A stretch of 64,000 nucleotides of DNA from Styela clava (lineage: Eukaryota): positions 9,858,001-9,922,000 of the forward strand of contig NC_135251.1 in NCBI RefSeq assembly GCF_964204865.1. Reading direction: 5' to 3'. Position numbers and translations under genes: made by a program. Under the pieces are notes generated by a model that worked only from the letters and a program-made list of their open reading frames with translations, did not search any database and had not been told where the DNA came from. Below are positions 51,601-63,060 of the stretch, piece after piece. How positions within the stretch are numbered: position 1 is the first letter of the stretch; every line of letters begins with the position of its first letter.

Positions 51601-54600
51601 TTGTTATTCAAACACCGCATGATGTAAGCAGCAGTCAATTTATTTTATTTGAGTTCCAAGCGCAATCCCATACATGGATTAGCGTTTAATGGAAGGTACA
51701 ACCAGATGAAGAGCTAATAATTGTAAATAGGCCTAATATCTTTAGCCATGAGCTCTTAAACAATGTGACAATATCGTATTAATAACCTTAAGCTAAAGCA
51801 AAATATATCTAAAACAAAATAGATTGTTCATTATTTTCGAAATAGGCTACACACTTGCAATAAATAATTTGAGCATAGTTTGACTTTGTCAGCTAAATAT
51901 TGTAGGCCAGTCAGTCGTTTATTAGTATTTTGAATTCGACTTCAGCACTACTTTTGATTTTTTTATGTTATTGTATGTTGAGATTAAAAACAATAATCTA
52001 ACAAATGCATTGATCATGTACATATTCATTAATAAATAAATAAAATTATTTTATATTTTTCTTTAAACGTTGCTACAAAAAGTTTGATGAAGTGAGGTTT
52101 AAAGAGAAATATAAATTTTTTTTTTTTATTTATCAATGAATATGTGCATGATCAATGCATTTGAACAATAACATGAAAGTAAAATTTATCAAAAGTAGTT
52201 CTGAAGTAGAATTCAAAATACTAACAAACGACTGACTGTTTCGAAAGTTGAATAGACTTTGTTTTATTGGTATAACTAGGTTTCGGAAACTGTATACAAC
52301 TGGGAAATATAATATTTCGATAAATATCGCTGGGATGTTAAGCCTCATAATATTGTGCGTTGAATAGTTATTATTAGCAAACCTTCACTCACCGATGTTA
52401 TTTTTTCATTTAGAAACACATTACCGTTCAACAATATCAGTTTTTAAAATGGCCAGATCATGGAGTCCCTGTAACAACTTCAAGTTTCTTTCGTTTACAA
52501 GAAGCAGTCATGGAAACGTATGGAAAAACTCGATGCGATGCACCTATTCTAGTTCATTGCAGGTTTGTATAATATCCATAATAATTGACAATTTCATCTC
52601 AATCAAAATAGTTTCCCACAAACAAATTGTACATAGAAACTCATATTTATGATCAATCCTCATTTCCAATCCAAAATATTTTAATGTAATTTCGGTATTT
52701 GTGCAGGATCACTCCAATAACCTTATGAGATTTACTGACGAATTACCTCCGTTACTTCTCCAGTTTCAAAAATAAGCAGTAACAATTCAACATTTTGTTT
52801 AATAAAATTTTACAGTTGAAGTTCATGAAAGAAAGTCTGCAATAACAAAAAGGCTCATATTTCATAACTAAATAAAATTTAAAATTCGCAGTTAAGTTTT
52901 GTTACACAATCTTGCACACTCGTTTTAGCGCCGGAGTCGGACGAACGGGTACGTTTATTGGTTACGATATACTGCAAGATCAAGCCAAAGACAAAAGCAG
53001 CGTGGACGTATTTAATTGCGTAATGAAAATGAGATCACAGCGCGTGGATATGGTACAAACATGTGTAAGTATTTCAATTTTTATACTAAATATTTTACAG
53101 AGCTAACAAATGTAAGAAAGAAATAATTTACCAACTAATATGTCTTTTTTGGATTTTTTCTACACTTATACCAGCCGTTGCCATCATTTTCATTGCTATG
53201 AGCCCTTTTAATGACTTACCTGACAGATGAACATCCCTTTAAAAAGTCAATACTGTTTCACTGCTAGAAACAATACTTAACGTCAGAATTTCACAGAAAA
53301 ACCTTTGAATTATAGTATGATGAAAGATATGTTCTAACGGAAAATGTCTTTCGTATGAATGGGATATTTCACAACAAAGCACATCAAGCTTTTCATTGGA
53401 CTTGGTCTAATTTAAAGTAAATTTGATGAATATTTATGTATATGAACATGTACAGAACTCATATGAGCAACATCTTGTGATATCCCATAGCATAGCCTGG
53501 TACGCATTCGCCACGATTTTTCGTCCTCCAGGCACCATTTTAGGTACTTTTTTTTGCTATTATGTTTTCATCTACTGTAAGTATGGTATTATTTTAATCT
53601 TTCTGTTCGCCCACAGAGATCGTATTGTTTCCGGCTTTGAACTACGGGCTGATATGGGAAATATTTTGTAAATTACGAAATTACTGAGAATCGATCAATT
53701 CTCTTTCTGACCAACACTTTCACTTTGAATATTACTATATTATAAATCGTAATATAGAATCGATTGGAGGAGCATACAACTTTCATTTTATTGTTTGGTT
53801 TTGCATTTTGTGACGTTGCACATACAGGACCAATATGATATGCTTCATAAATTGATGTTGGAACGGTATATGTTTGGCGAAACTGACGTCACGCGAGAGC
53901 AATTTATCGTAAATCAACAGACAGGCAAAGGGTAAGAGAAAAATACAAATATTTAACTTCTAAATATGGCTTATGCACACTGCAAAGTGAAAGAAGTGAG
54001 CGACGAGACATCGATACTATGATGTTGCAATATGTACAATCCTGTGTTATTGAAACATCCATTTTGTAAAGAATAATTGACTTTATAAATCTATGATTTT
54101 ATTCCGAAGGGTCAATGACACATTGGGTAAAATATCACTGGTGTGATTAAAAGATGACACGAAATATAAGAAAAATTGACCTAAATATTAAGTTTGCGTC
54201 GCCGCGCAACAACTCAATAAGTGTTTTAAAATAGTGTGATCACCTAATAAAATTGTCATGGGTTACGATGAAGTTAAAAAGTATTTTTCAGATCTACTAG
54301 GAAACCAAATATTCAGAAGGAATTTGAAAATCTAGCTTCCGCAGAGTCCTTGAACCAAACGAAAAAGGAAGACGACCATGTTCCGAGTAAGTGAGGTGTA
54401 ACTATTAAAGTTATATTAGAGTCAAAGATAGTTTTCATAGATTTGTCAATAATAAGAAAATATCAGATCAGGTGATATACGCTGTTACACTCAGTGTTTC
54501 TATTACAACCAGAATAATCTATAATTGCATTTCCCTAAGAAATATTCGAATAGGTATACCATGATCAGAAAAAATCACAATTTTAACAATAGTGTATTGC

Positions 54601-57600
54601 ATTTAGGAATTAGAAACCGAGTGGTTATCGTCAGACAGCCAGAAGATACGGAATGGATATCGATTGACGCCAACTATATTGAGGTCAGCATAATCTAATT
54701 TTTATCACAAAAATGATTTTGTAACCATGTGTGGTGATATTTATTTTCTGGGCAACAAAGACGGTATAATTATATAGTCCATAAATATAATACTTTGTCA
54801 AACAGGACGCATTCCCCTGTATCGTGCGAGGTAAAGTAAATATGCAATGGTACTTATGCAAACGTCAGGACATTAGTCACATTACGGCACTGTTCAAACA
54901 AAATCACGAATTACCATTACATTCTCAATGCTGACACCTTGCGGCGTTCTATTATTTAGAATGCTTAAATAATAAGTCAAATGCCTATACTGCCTGTACA
55001 GAAAGCTTTGTGCCAAAATGGATATTTGTGCAAATTTGCAGTATATGCAAGAATATGATTATGAGAAGAAAAGTATCTTGAAAAAGTACAAATTCTAACT
55101 TAAGTGCTCTATTTCTGACTAAATTTATTCTCATTAAACCGCGAAATAGCTTGTTCTAAAAAATAGCATGTTCGCAAAGGTACGTTTAACAATTAAGATG
55201 GTTGCGAACATTTGTCTTTGTAAAACTACAATTTTACAAAACTCTGTTTTTGCAGAATTACAATTTCGCGCAAGAACCTTTTCATACAAATATATTCTTA
55301 CAAAAATCCTTTTGCGCAAAATTTGACCCACATAAGTCGACCGCTGCTAATGTATGTCTTGCAAGTTGGCTTCTCCGATACTGAGGGGAATTTTCAGACT
55401 AGAAATATCATTGTAAGAATAAAATTGATGCCTACAAATTGTTACAAATGTATAAATTGGATGATTCTACATTTACAATAAAATAACAACAACATATTTG
55501 CAGGCATACAACAAAAACGCTCAGATAATTGCGGCACAAGGGCCTTACAAATCGACAGTAGAATATTTTTGGCGGGCAGTCCTAGATAATAGCGTGAATA
55601 CAATAGTGATGGTTGACGCCCCTGGAAATGATGCCACTGTAAGTATAAAATTTATTTATTCCAATGTTGTCTTTAAAAGATTCACTCAAAGCAATTTTAG
55701 GAGTCAACAAAGTTATACGAGTCAAAAACATTTTAAGGTTGTGGATATCAAGGCTATAAAACGTTTAGTTGAAAATCATTGACAAAGGAATGAAAAGTAG
55801 CACAAAATAATTTTAATCAAAATATCAAACATAAACAATTTTAGATATACTCTATTAGGCGATATCCCTCTTGAAGAATGAAAAGCTATCAAATAAGATT
55901 ATATGCATATCAGGATGTACAAAATTAGGAAGTTTGAAAGAGATAACTAAATCTAAGTTGAAGTCTATGAAGACAAAAATCGAATATTCTTCTGTACTCA
56001 GTTACTATCAATTTTATTACTTGCAGAATCGAATAAAACAAACTCGCAACATTTGTATTCAGGAGAACCTGTATTTGAATTAATATTTATTTCCACAGTC
56101 ACAAGATGAATCAGTCTGCTACTGGCCAAAATCGACTAGTGAGACGCTCCAGCTAAACTTCATAAAAATTCAACTTGAAGCGGAAAGTCGACGAAGAGGA
56201 AACATTGAACGGAGATTCAAAATTTTAAGGACAAACCAACCACAAAGGGTGATGATTTGAAATAAATATCATGAACGGAATTATTAAACGATTGATATAA
56301 ACATAACTTTTCAATATGTTGCAGATTGTTACGCAGTATCAATATCCAGATTGGAGTTTAAAATCGGTACCAGAGGATGCTACAGGAATACTTGATCTTG
56401 TCTATATGTTACAATCAGACTCTACATGGGAGACAAACGGTGCAACCATGGTTCATTGCAGGTAAAGAATTATAACTCAGTAACAACGACTTCTCCACAA
56501 ATAATGCAGCAACCGAGCAAACAGCAATGAAATCATTCAATTCGCAAAATATGCCCTTGCTTCTGTGGCTATTGCGTATGGGAATTTTTATATAATGGTC
56601 AAAGTGAAGTTTGTGGTGAATTGAAATAACTTCTTTAAGTCACTTCCCCAAACTTTAAGTTTCTATTTTTTTTTTCACCAATGATGATTTATCATTGAAA
56701 AACGAAGATTATATAAGATTTGTAAATTTTAAAGTGATGAAACTTAACAATCATTCAGTAATCAGTGGTTTATTTTCTCATAATACTAAAAGCACACTTG
56801 ATGTACAAATTGCACTAAATAACTAAAAAGCATTTCAGGGTGAGGGGAGCCGCGGGAAACCAAATTTGGTTATCGAGCAGTGGCACCCATAAGCTAGTCT
56901 GAAAAGAAAATAATAACAAAAAGTCGAAATGTATATGTTGTTTTGAAAAAATCATCAATAATTGAGTTCAATTTGGCGAAGACCTATAGTGTCATCCATT
57001 GTCATTCTATGCGATTCTCCAATGAATTAGTGCGGTCATATCGTTGTGGAATTGTTGGGTTCTGAAATCTAAAGCATTTCAAGAAAATTCTGTTTGCGTG
57101 TTATACCCACGTACTCCACTCGTTTAATCAAGTTTAAGATTTGCTTATAATCCTTATCTCGACGTATGGCATTTCAAATTAGCCTATGTATCAGTATCTA
57201 CATAGGTCAATAGAAAATTTATTTTTGTTGTTGTTGTATAGATGGATGGAAGAATCGATACCCGTGCGATAAATGTAATTTGAAGTCGTGGAAGGCTTGT
57301 TTATTAATCTCATATTTATCATTTCAGTGACGGATTGGGGCGTACTGGTGTTTTCTGTACCATTTTGAATGTTATAGACAGATTGAAGTATGAAGGCCGT
57401 ATCGACATCTTCCGCACTGTTAAAGATTTGAGAGATAATCGGCCTGGGATGGTAAAAACACTGGTATGTCTTTATATAATATTGTACAAGTATGTTTGAT
57501 TATTACTTAGTTTTACGACAAAGTAAACAACAAGCTATGAACCATGAAAATAAATATTCTTTTGTCCTGATATGAAATTTATCAGCATGAAATAATCCGA

Positions 57601-58135
57601 ATTTAGTTCTTTTAAAAAAGACTCAGGAAAGAGTTGGACGAATTGTATTAGTCTAGTTCACGGGTGGGTAATGTTTTTGGAGCAGGGGCCAAAAATTTTG
57701 TCGACCTAAACTGGCGGGCCATGCAAGTGTGACGTAAATGATTTATTTTATATGTGCCACAAATATTGTATTATTTTAAAACAGCAACGCTTTTTTTTGC
57801 ATACAAGACACACTTCGGTTAATCCAACTAAGTTAGCTAGCGTTATGGGGGCGTTAACACAACTTTGTTGGCACTAAATTTAATCTTGAGGTTTGCGTGA
57901 CCACACAAGCGCACGAGCATCAGACTGCACCAATTGAATAACTCAGCGGACCGGATTTGCCCCGGTCGTTTAGCTGCTGTATATAATGATTGGAAATTTA
58001 TGTTAAACATTCCAGGAGCAATACAATTTCTGCTACAAAGCGGTTAAGACGTATTTGTCTTCAACTAACGTGTACTCCAATGATGCGCTCGAAGTGGAAG
58101 AAGAAGACCAAGATCCAATTTATGAAAACGTCTAA
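33653..58135 (+). CDS. Gene 3: receptor-type protein tyrosine phosphatase, SP - CTLD x3 - EGF x6 - Ig x2 - FN3 x2 - juxtamembrane domain - TM - PTP D1 - PTP D2 (~1847 aa)
   Basis: 43 phase-consistent exons, sum 5544 nt: 33653-33743; CTLD 34505-34655, 35607-35699, 36429-36541, 36935-37100, 37195-37293, 38408-38517, 39059-39215, 39471-39557, 40097-40206; EGF 40591-40698, 41062-41187, 41678-41800, 42307-42432, 43844-43969, 44976-45095; Ig 45418-45699, 46154-46459; FN3/juxtamembrane 46609-46717, 46794-46908, 46986-47162, 47511-47718, 48038-48140, 48479-48613, 48684-48860, 49021-49106; TM 49355-49436; 49713-49777, 49925-50052; D1 50405-50501, 50754-50821, 51021-51149, 51492-51623, 52414-52562, 52929-53064, 53828-53931; D2 54292-54386, 54607-54683, 55504-55638, 56099-56248, 56325-56461, 57328-57463, 58016-58135. 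Confidence 0.9.
35863..36237 (-). mobile_element. Helentron-associated (HINE/DINE-1-like) non-autonomous insertion
   Basis: Inserted in an A-run that is uninterrupted in gene 2 (~15402-15425). Subterminal inverted repeats tggacacgt / acgtgtcca; no TSD. Confidence 0.5.
42454..42726 (+). mobile_element. HINE/DINE-1-like element, copy 1
   Basis: 5' subTIR cttatcgatctta (42459-42471) with an adjacent palindrome, (GTCT/GTTT)n microsatellite, 3' subTIR taagatcgataag (42685-42697), terminal hairpin tcggtc-tcc-gaccga (42701-42715), inserted in a T-run. Confidence 0.78.
42824..43217 (+). mobile_element. HINE/DINE-1-like element, copy 2 (longer)
   Basis: Same 5' end, microsatellite and 3' hairpin (tcggtttccaaccga) as copy 1, with extra internal sequence. 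A reverse-oriented 3' end of the same family starts at ~44170. Confidence 0.78.
43229..43446. mobile_element. Short piggyBac-like MITE
   Basis: Flanked by TTAA (43225-43228, 43447-43450) with degenerate CC.../...GGG ends. Absent from the paralogous intron at ~21250-21290. Confidence 0.5.
45418..46459 (+). other. Two Ig-like domain exons found only in gene 3
   Basis: 46154-46459 is canonical I-set ([11 protein letters not shown]...TWLING...[12 protein letters not shown]). 45418-45699 is a Cys-less Ig-like exon ([17 protein letters not shown]). Both are phase 1-1. Confidence 0.8.
50405..53931 (+). other. PTP D1 domain with all catalytic motifs intact
   Basis: [66 protein letters not shown]. 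Confidence 0.95.
54292..58135 (+). other. PTP D2 domain, probable pseudophosphatase
   Basis: IAAQGP, YFWRAV, CYWP and [11 protein letters not shown] are retained. KNRY is absent, WPD is replaced by WSL, and the Q-loop MVQT is MVKT. Confidence 0.85.
57655..57978. mobile_element. Degenerate hAT-like remnant in the last intron of gene 3
   Basis: GC-richer island with ggggcc / gcgggcc / gcggaccggatttgcccgg motifs typical of non-autonomous hAT ends. TIRs not clean. Confidence 0.35.
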
Positions 58136-59364
58136 TGTACGATTCATAACTCACGCCGTACGTGAAGCTTTTCTAATAATTTTTCTTTACGTTATGCTTT
58201 AAGAAAGTACATTGTTATCCTCATCGATATATTTACAAGAATTATTATTAGATAGGAATTTGCCGGAAAAGATGGACGTGTGATAGGTAATTCACGAAGT
58301 TTTTCAAATATTTTTCTTTGTGTTATATGAGGTTTCATTTATGTAATTCTGTGAGAAAAGACAATATAAAGTTCATATTATGTGCAATTTATAATTCATG
58401 CCGTGTATGACATTTATCAAATATTTTTAGCCATATTATATGTTTAATTTTTGTAATTTTGCAAAAAAATGCAATATAATCTTTGTCAAAAAAATTTTGG
58501 CTGTGACTATATTTTTGTTAATCAAATAGTTATTCATGTATTCGTTTTTTATATATTAAAAGAAGTAATATATAATTGAATGGTATACCGTTGCTAAATT
58601 CACGCTATTTGTATCATTATATTTTTCATAATAGTGTTCAATTTACGATTTGCGGACTGAAAATATGTGCACTTATACAAAAGCAAAAAAGTATTGCAAG
58701 ATTAGCTTTAACAATTCCAAAAATTTATTTTCCCAGCCAATCGAACTAGTAAAAATATTAAATTCTATTAAATATTGTATTTGCCAAAAATCAATTCTTA
58801 TCTAGGAGAAAGTTTTGAAAACAAAACAACATGTTTCTCCTGGAAATAATTTAAAGATAAGATTTATTTTAAAATTTCCGTTTCAATTGATATTTATCTT
58901 AAGTTGTCTCGCAGAATTACCTCAAAAGTTGGTCTTGCATAAGTGTTATGTGTAATTGTGTATATTTTCATGTTTCCACGCATTTTATCGTATCTTGGTC
59001 TGCCTAATTTGATTGTATAACAGTTGATTAATTCATTTCTTGCAATAAATACTCACAATTATAGCCAAGTTTGTAATATATCTGCCTAGGGAAATTTAAA
59101 ATTGGTTTTATAAGAAATTATAAGGGCGTAAGACCATTTTTGTGACATAAGCCTTTGAAGTATAATGACCAATCTATAGTGCCCAACAGTCTATACTAGC
59201 ATTTAAGCTAACACTAACTCAATAATGTAATATGAAATGAAAAAATAACTCACCTTTCACACTCTGGTTCATCACCGATATTCGCTGAAAAGCCCCAAAC
59301 GTTTATCATGAGATTGCGACATATAGATTTAAAACTATTGTTTAACGCCGCGGTACCCGAAAAT

Positions 59365-59959
59365 CGGTACTCCCGTAGTGGGTGTACCAGGTTAGGGTTA
59401 GGCCATAATTTTATTCCGATTTTCCTTGTTTTAGTTCTATTATGAGTTTGGGGACTGCCTGTGTTGGCCAAGCGAATATACCCTCTGTCAATATGTTCAC
59501 ACGACCTGATGTAAAATAGGCGAACAAATTTTTTAGTTACCTTTACCTCCATACTGGTACACACACTTTTGCAGCCCCCGTAAATCTAATGTACACTTCA
59601 ATTTTATATTTCCTCTCGCTTAAGCCATGTTCAGCGATCGCTGTGTACAAAATAGTAGATCTTTATACGTGTGGTACTGCATTACAGCCATAGCATCACT
59701 ATATATATTTATATCAATAAGTCAGTTTTGTCTGGCTACGTTTTTTGTAGGGTACTCCCGTAATGTGTGTACCAGGTCAGCGTTAGGCCATAATTTTGTT
59801 CCGAATTTCTTTATTTTAGTTCTATTACGCGTTCGGGAACTTTTGTGTTAGCCAAGTAAATACCCCCCTATCCATATGTATCAGTTCCTTTACACAACTG
59901 TAAAGTAGTCAAACAAAATAACTTACCTCAATATTGGTACACACACTTCTGGAGCGCCC
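59365..59959. mobile_element. Two copies of a ~210-bp MITE (59365-59579, 59750-59959); further copies at ~63370-63549 and a fragment near 63806
   Basis: Shared body ggtactcccgta.tgtgtgtaccaggttagggttaggccataatttt... with imperfect TIRs (gggtactcccgtaatgtgtgtacca / tggtacacacacttctggagcgccc). Confidence 0.75.
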
Positions 59960-61624
59960 ATTTTAGGCGAAAGCGCAGAATACCAAGTGAAAAGTTGGCA
60001 CTATTCTTTAAAACAATCACGGGACATAGACTAATAATTCCCTATAATCATGCTATGTAATACAATCATTACTACATTTTAACAAATTAGGACTATTTCT
60101 GCTTGCTTAGGGCCTTGATATAAAAAGTTAAACAATTATTGAAAAACGTTCTGTACTATTCCTCGGCAGTTATACGTGTGCAACCAAAATACAGCCATCC
60201 CTGCATTGATATTAGTAGATGCGTTTATGGTCGTTCATGGCCTTTTTCTTGGCGAAAGCGTACAGTGTCATATAAACGAAAATTGTGACACTAAACTACA
60301 CTCATCAGTAAACACAGAATGATGAATGTTCATCAGTGTGGTGCTATACTACACCTATATAGCTACATCTTAATTTAGTCCATTTCGCCTCGCTTAGGAC
60401 GTTATTTTAAGAAAAAATTTGATCAATTATTTATGAATGTGTGGTACCTCAGTGATCTCTGGGCCCCAAAAACTAAGTCGTTATCGAAGTGGTACTATAT
60501 GACACATATCGCTATATATTTGAATTACTAATGATTTCTTTTATGATTGTCTATGGCTTTTTCCGAGCGAAAATTCTCTGACCGAAAATAAATAATATGA
60601 ATAAATAATATTTTATGAGGACAGTGTGGTTCTATGCTTTCCATATTGTTTGATGTCGATCAAATATTAATACATCGCAGAAGAAAAAAAGCAATAAGGA
60701 AATTATGAAATGTCTGTTTGAAACAGTTGTGACTCATCGGTGTGATACGGGTGCTATAATTACTATGAGCACAAACAGGGGAAACGTTAGTGAAAGATGA
60801 AGCATCATGCCTTCCATTTCTTGTCAGTTTACCCACGAAACAAAAAAATTCATGCCACACTTTTCCAAAGATTCAATTATGCGGAATATACTAACCTCAG
60901 ACTTGCTGATCGTTTGCCTGATATTGTCACGCCTGAACCAGCATTCAGTGTCTCGTGAGTCGTGACGCAGCACGTAAATTTCTAGAGTTTCAGTGACCAA
61001 CCGTAACTTTGCTTAGATATATGCACACAATGTATTCAAAACTTTTTATCCGTGAATTAATTAATTTAATTTTAAAATTGTGCGGCTCACAGCATACGCT
61101 GTGATTAACAGTTGCACTTAACCACTTGGTGCCTATCGTTGCAAAATGACATATATGACTTTTATGTGGCATATATGAGGCGAGAAGCCGTTGTACTTTT
61201 ATTAAGACTAACTGGGTATAGCATGCGATACTCGGTATCGGTTTCGGATATACAATTGGTGAAACACACAAAGCATTAATATAACATAACATTGGGCGAC
61301 CGTGAAAAAACTCAGACAAAATAGTATGACACGTTTGTACATTTGTGGAACTAGATAAGTTGTTTTGCCAGTGTTATTTTATCACAAGATATCTTATAAG
61401 TTATATTACCATTATTGCCACTTAAAACCTAGCTTTATCCAATGAGCATATATACAATGAGTGGAAACTTGCAAAGATTTGCTCATTTTGGTATTGTTCC
61501 CTGCATTTTTACGTCGTCCAGCTAAATGGTTCGTTGCATATTAAGAAAACGCATTCTTCAGCCGAGTCGGGTGCGAAATTGGCCGTATTGAGGTCTTTTT
61601 TTTTTTTTTCAACTAACCAAGTCC

Positions 61625-62107
61625 ATTAATTGGAACAAAATATGGAAAATTAACATAGGAAATAAGTATAAGGAGTTGTGTTGGAAGGTTATTCATAATG
61701 GACTGCCAACAGGGGATAAAATGAAACACTGGTTCATGAATGAACCAGGTATATGTGTTATGTGTGAATGTAATATTGAAGAGACTTTATGTCATTTATT
61801 TTTGGAATGTCAATGGGCTGTTGATTTCTGGCAATGGTGCTGCGTAGAAAATAATCGAATTACTATTTTAGCAAATGATTCGGGATGCAAATCTAAATTA
61901 ATTACAATAATATGCGGAAAATCAACAATTTGGGAATATAGAAATTCAGTAAAATATGATGAAATAGTTAAAAGTAAAAGTAGTATGCGCTCAATATTCA
62001 AATGTAAACTGATAGGAGTTTTAAATTTAATGAAAACAAGTGAAAAAAATGATTTACTATTGTATGAACATATGGATGATCTCATACATAGGTCAATCAT
62101 GATGTGA
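61625..62107 (+). mobile_element. 5'-truncated non-LTR retrotransposon remnant (L1/Tx1-type C-terminal zinc-binding region)
   Basis: WKVIHNGLPTGDKM...CVMCECNIEETLCHLFLECQWAVDFWQW matches the zf-RVT pattern (W...H..LPT, CxxC...ET..HLF..C...W). No RT core seen. Confidence 0.8.
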
Positions 62108-62923
62108 CATGACATTGACATTTTCTATGCAACACCAACTTAAATGGATAGTAAATGAAAAGATTCCAATGTCCAAATTTATGCATCATTTTGATTTAAT
62201 TCATACATAGATAGTGAATAGAGAAATGCCAAAAACCCACTTTGGCTGTTTTCTGATTTTCTGTCTAATTTTCTAATTTCCATGCAAAAACTAACTAAAT
62301 CGATTAATTATTGGTAACTATATATAAAATGTGTGCACGAATTGGATGACGACTGATAATATGGATTAACCTATATTCAATGGATATAAATTGGACTATA
62401 TATGATACAAAACTCCGGTAATGGTATGGTTTTATATTTTAATTGTTACATATATTATTGAACTTGTGGGCAATGTGTATGAAATTATGAAATTGTTATA
62501 ATTGGGTGCAAATTATACTAATTCGACAATAAAATTAATATACGAAAATTCCGTTTGGCATTGGAATTTATTTGGCAAAAAAAAAAAAAGTATTGAGGTC
62601 TGTAATTCTTCAATACATATTTGGTTTTGGGTTTCGAAGTATGGTACGCTGAAAGCATACAACTGTGAGCATATGCCTATTGGGAATGCATATCTATTAG
62701 GCAGAAAACGTCTACAGAACAGAATATGAACCAGTAGCCGAGAGGGGTGCGGTTATTTATGTATTTATTCATTGATATAACATGGGATTTACATATTTAT
62801 CCATGGGAGAGGAAAGCCGAGAAGACTGCCTAAATATACCACGGCCTCTCACAATCATAGCTCTGTCCTCCATATGAATCACATGGCTCTGCGAGCTATT
62901 CGTTTACTTATTAAAAATACTGA

Positions 62924-63060
62924 TTTTAACTATAAATTACTCTGGGATATCTTGCCTTTGAAAACAAAAGCCAGAAATTGGAAGAAAATCAGGGAATGAA
63001 ATGTGTGTATTATGTAATGAAGAACCTGAGTTTGTTTCACATATTTTCATGTATTGTAAA
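62924..63060 (+). mobile_element. Second, frameshifted zf-RVT LINE fragment
   Basis: FNYKLLWDILPLKTKARNWKKI, then in another frame CVLCNEEPEFVSHIFMYCK. Confidence 0.6.

Noticed and set aside
59390-59402. gttagggttagg as an interstitial telomere
   Set aside because: Only about two units, embedded in a dispersed MITE seen several times in the window.
60660-61319. Minus-strand ORFs and a slightly GC-richer patch as a neighbouring gene
   Set aside because: No recognisable domain or consistent splice structure found.
61676-62107. 143-aa ORF as a host zinc-finger gene
   Set aside because: The motif pattern is the retrotransposon zf-RVT tail; no ATG start or exon context.
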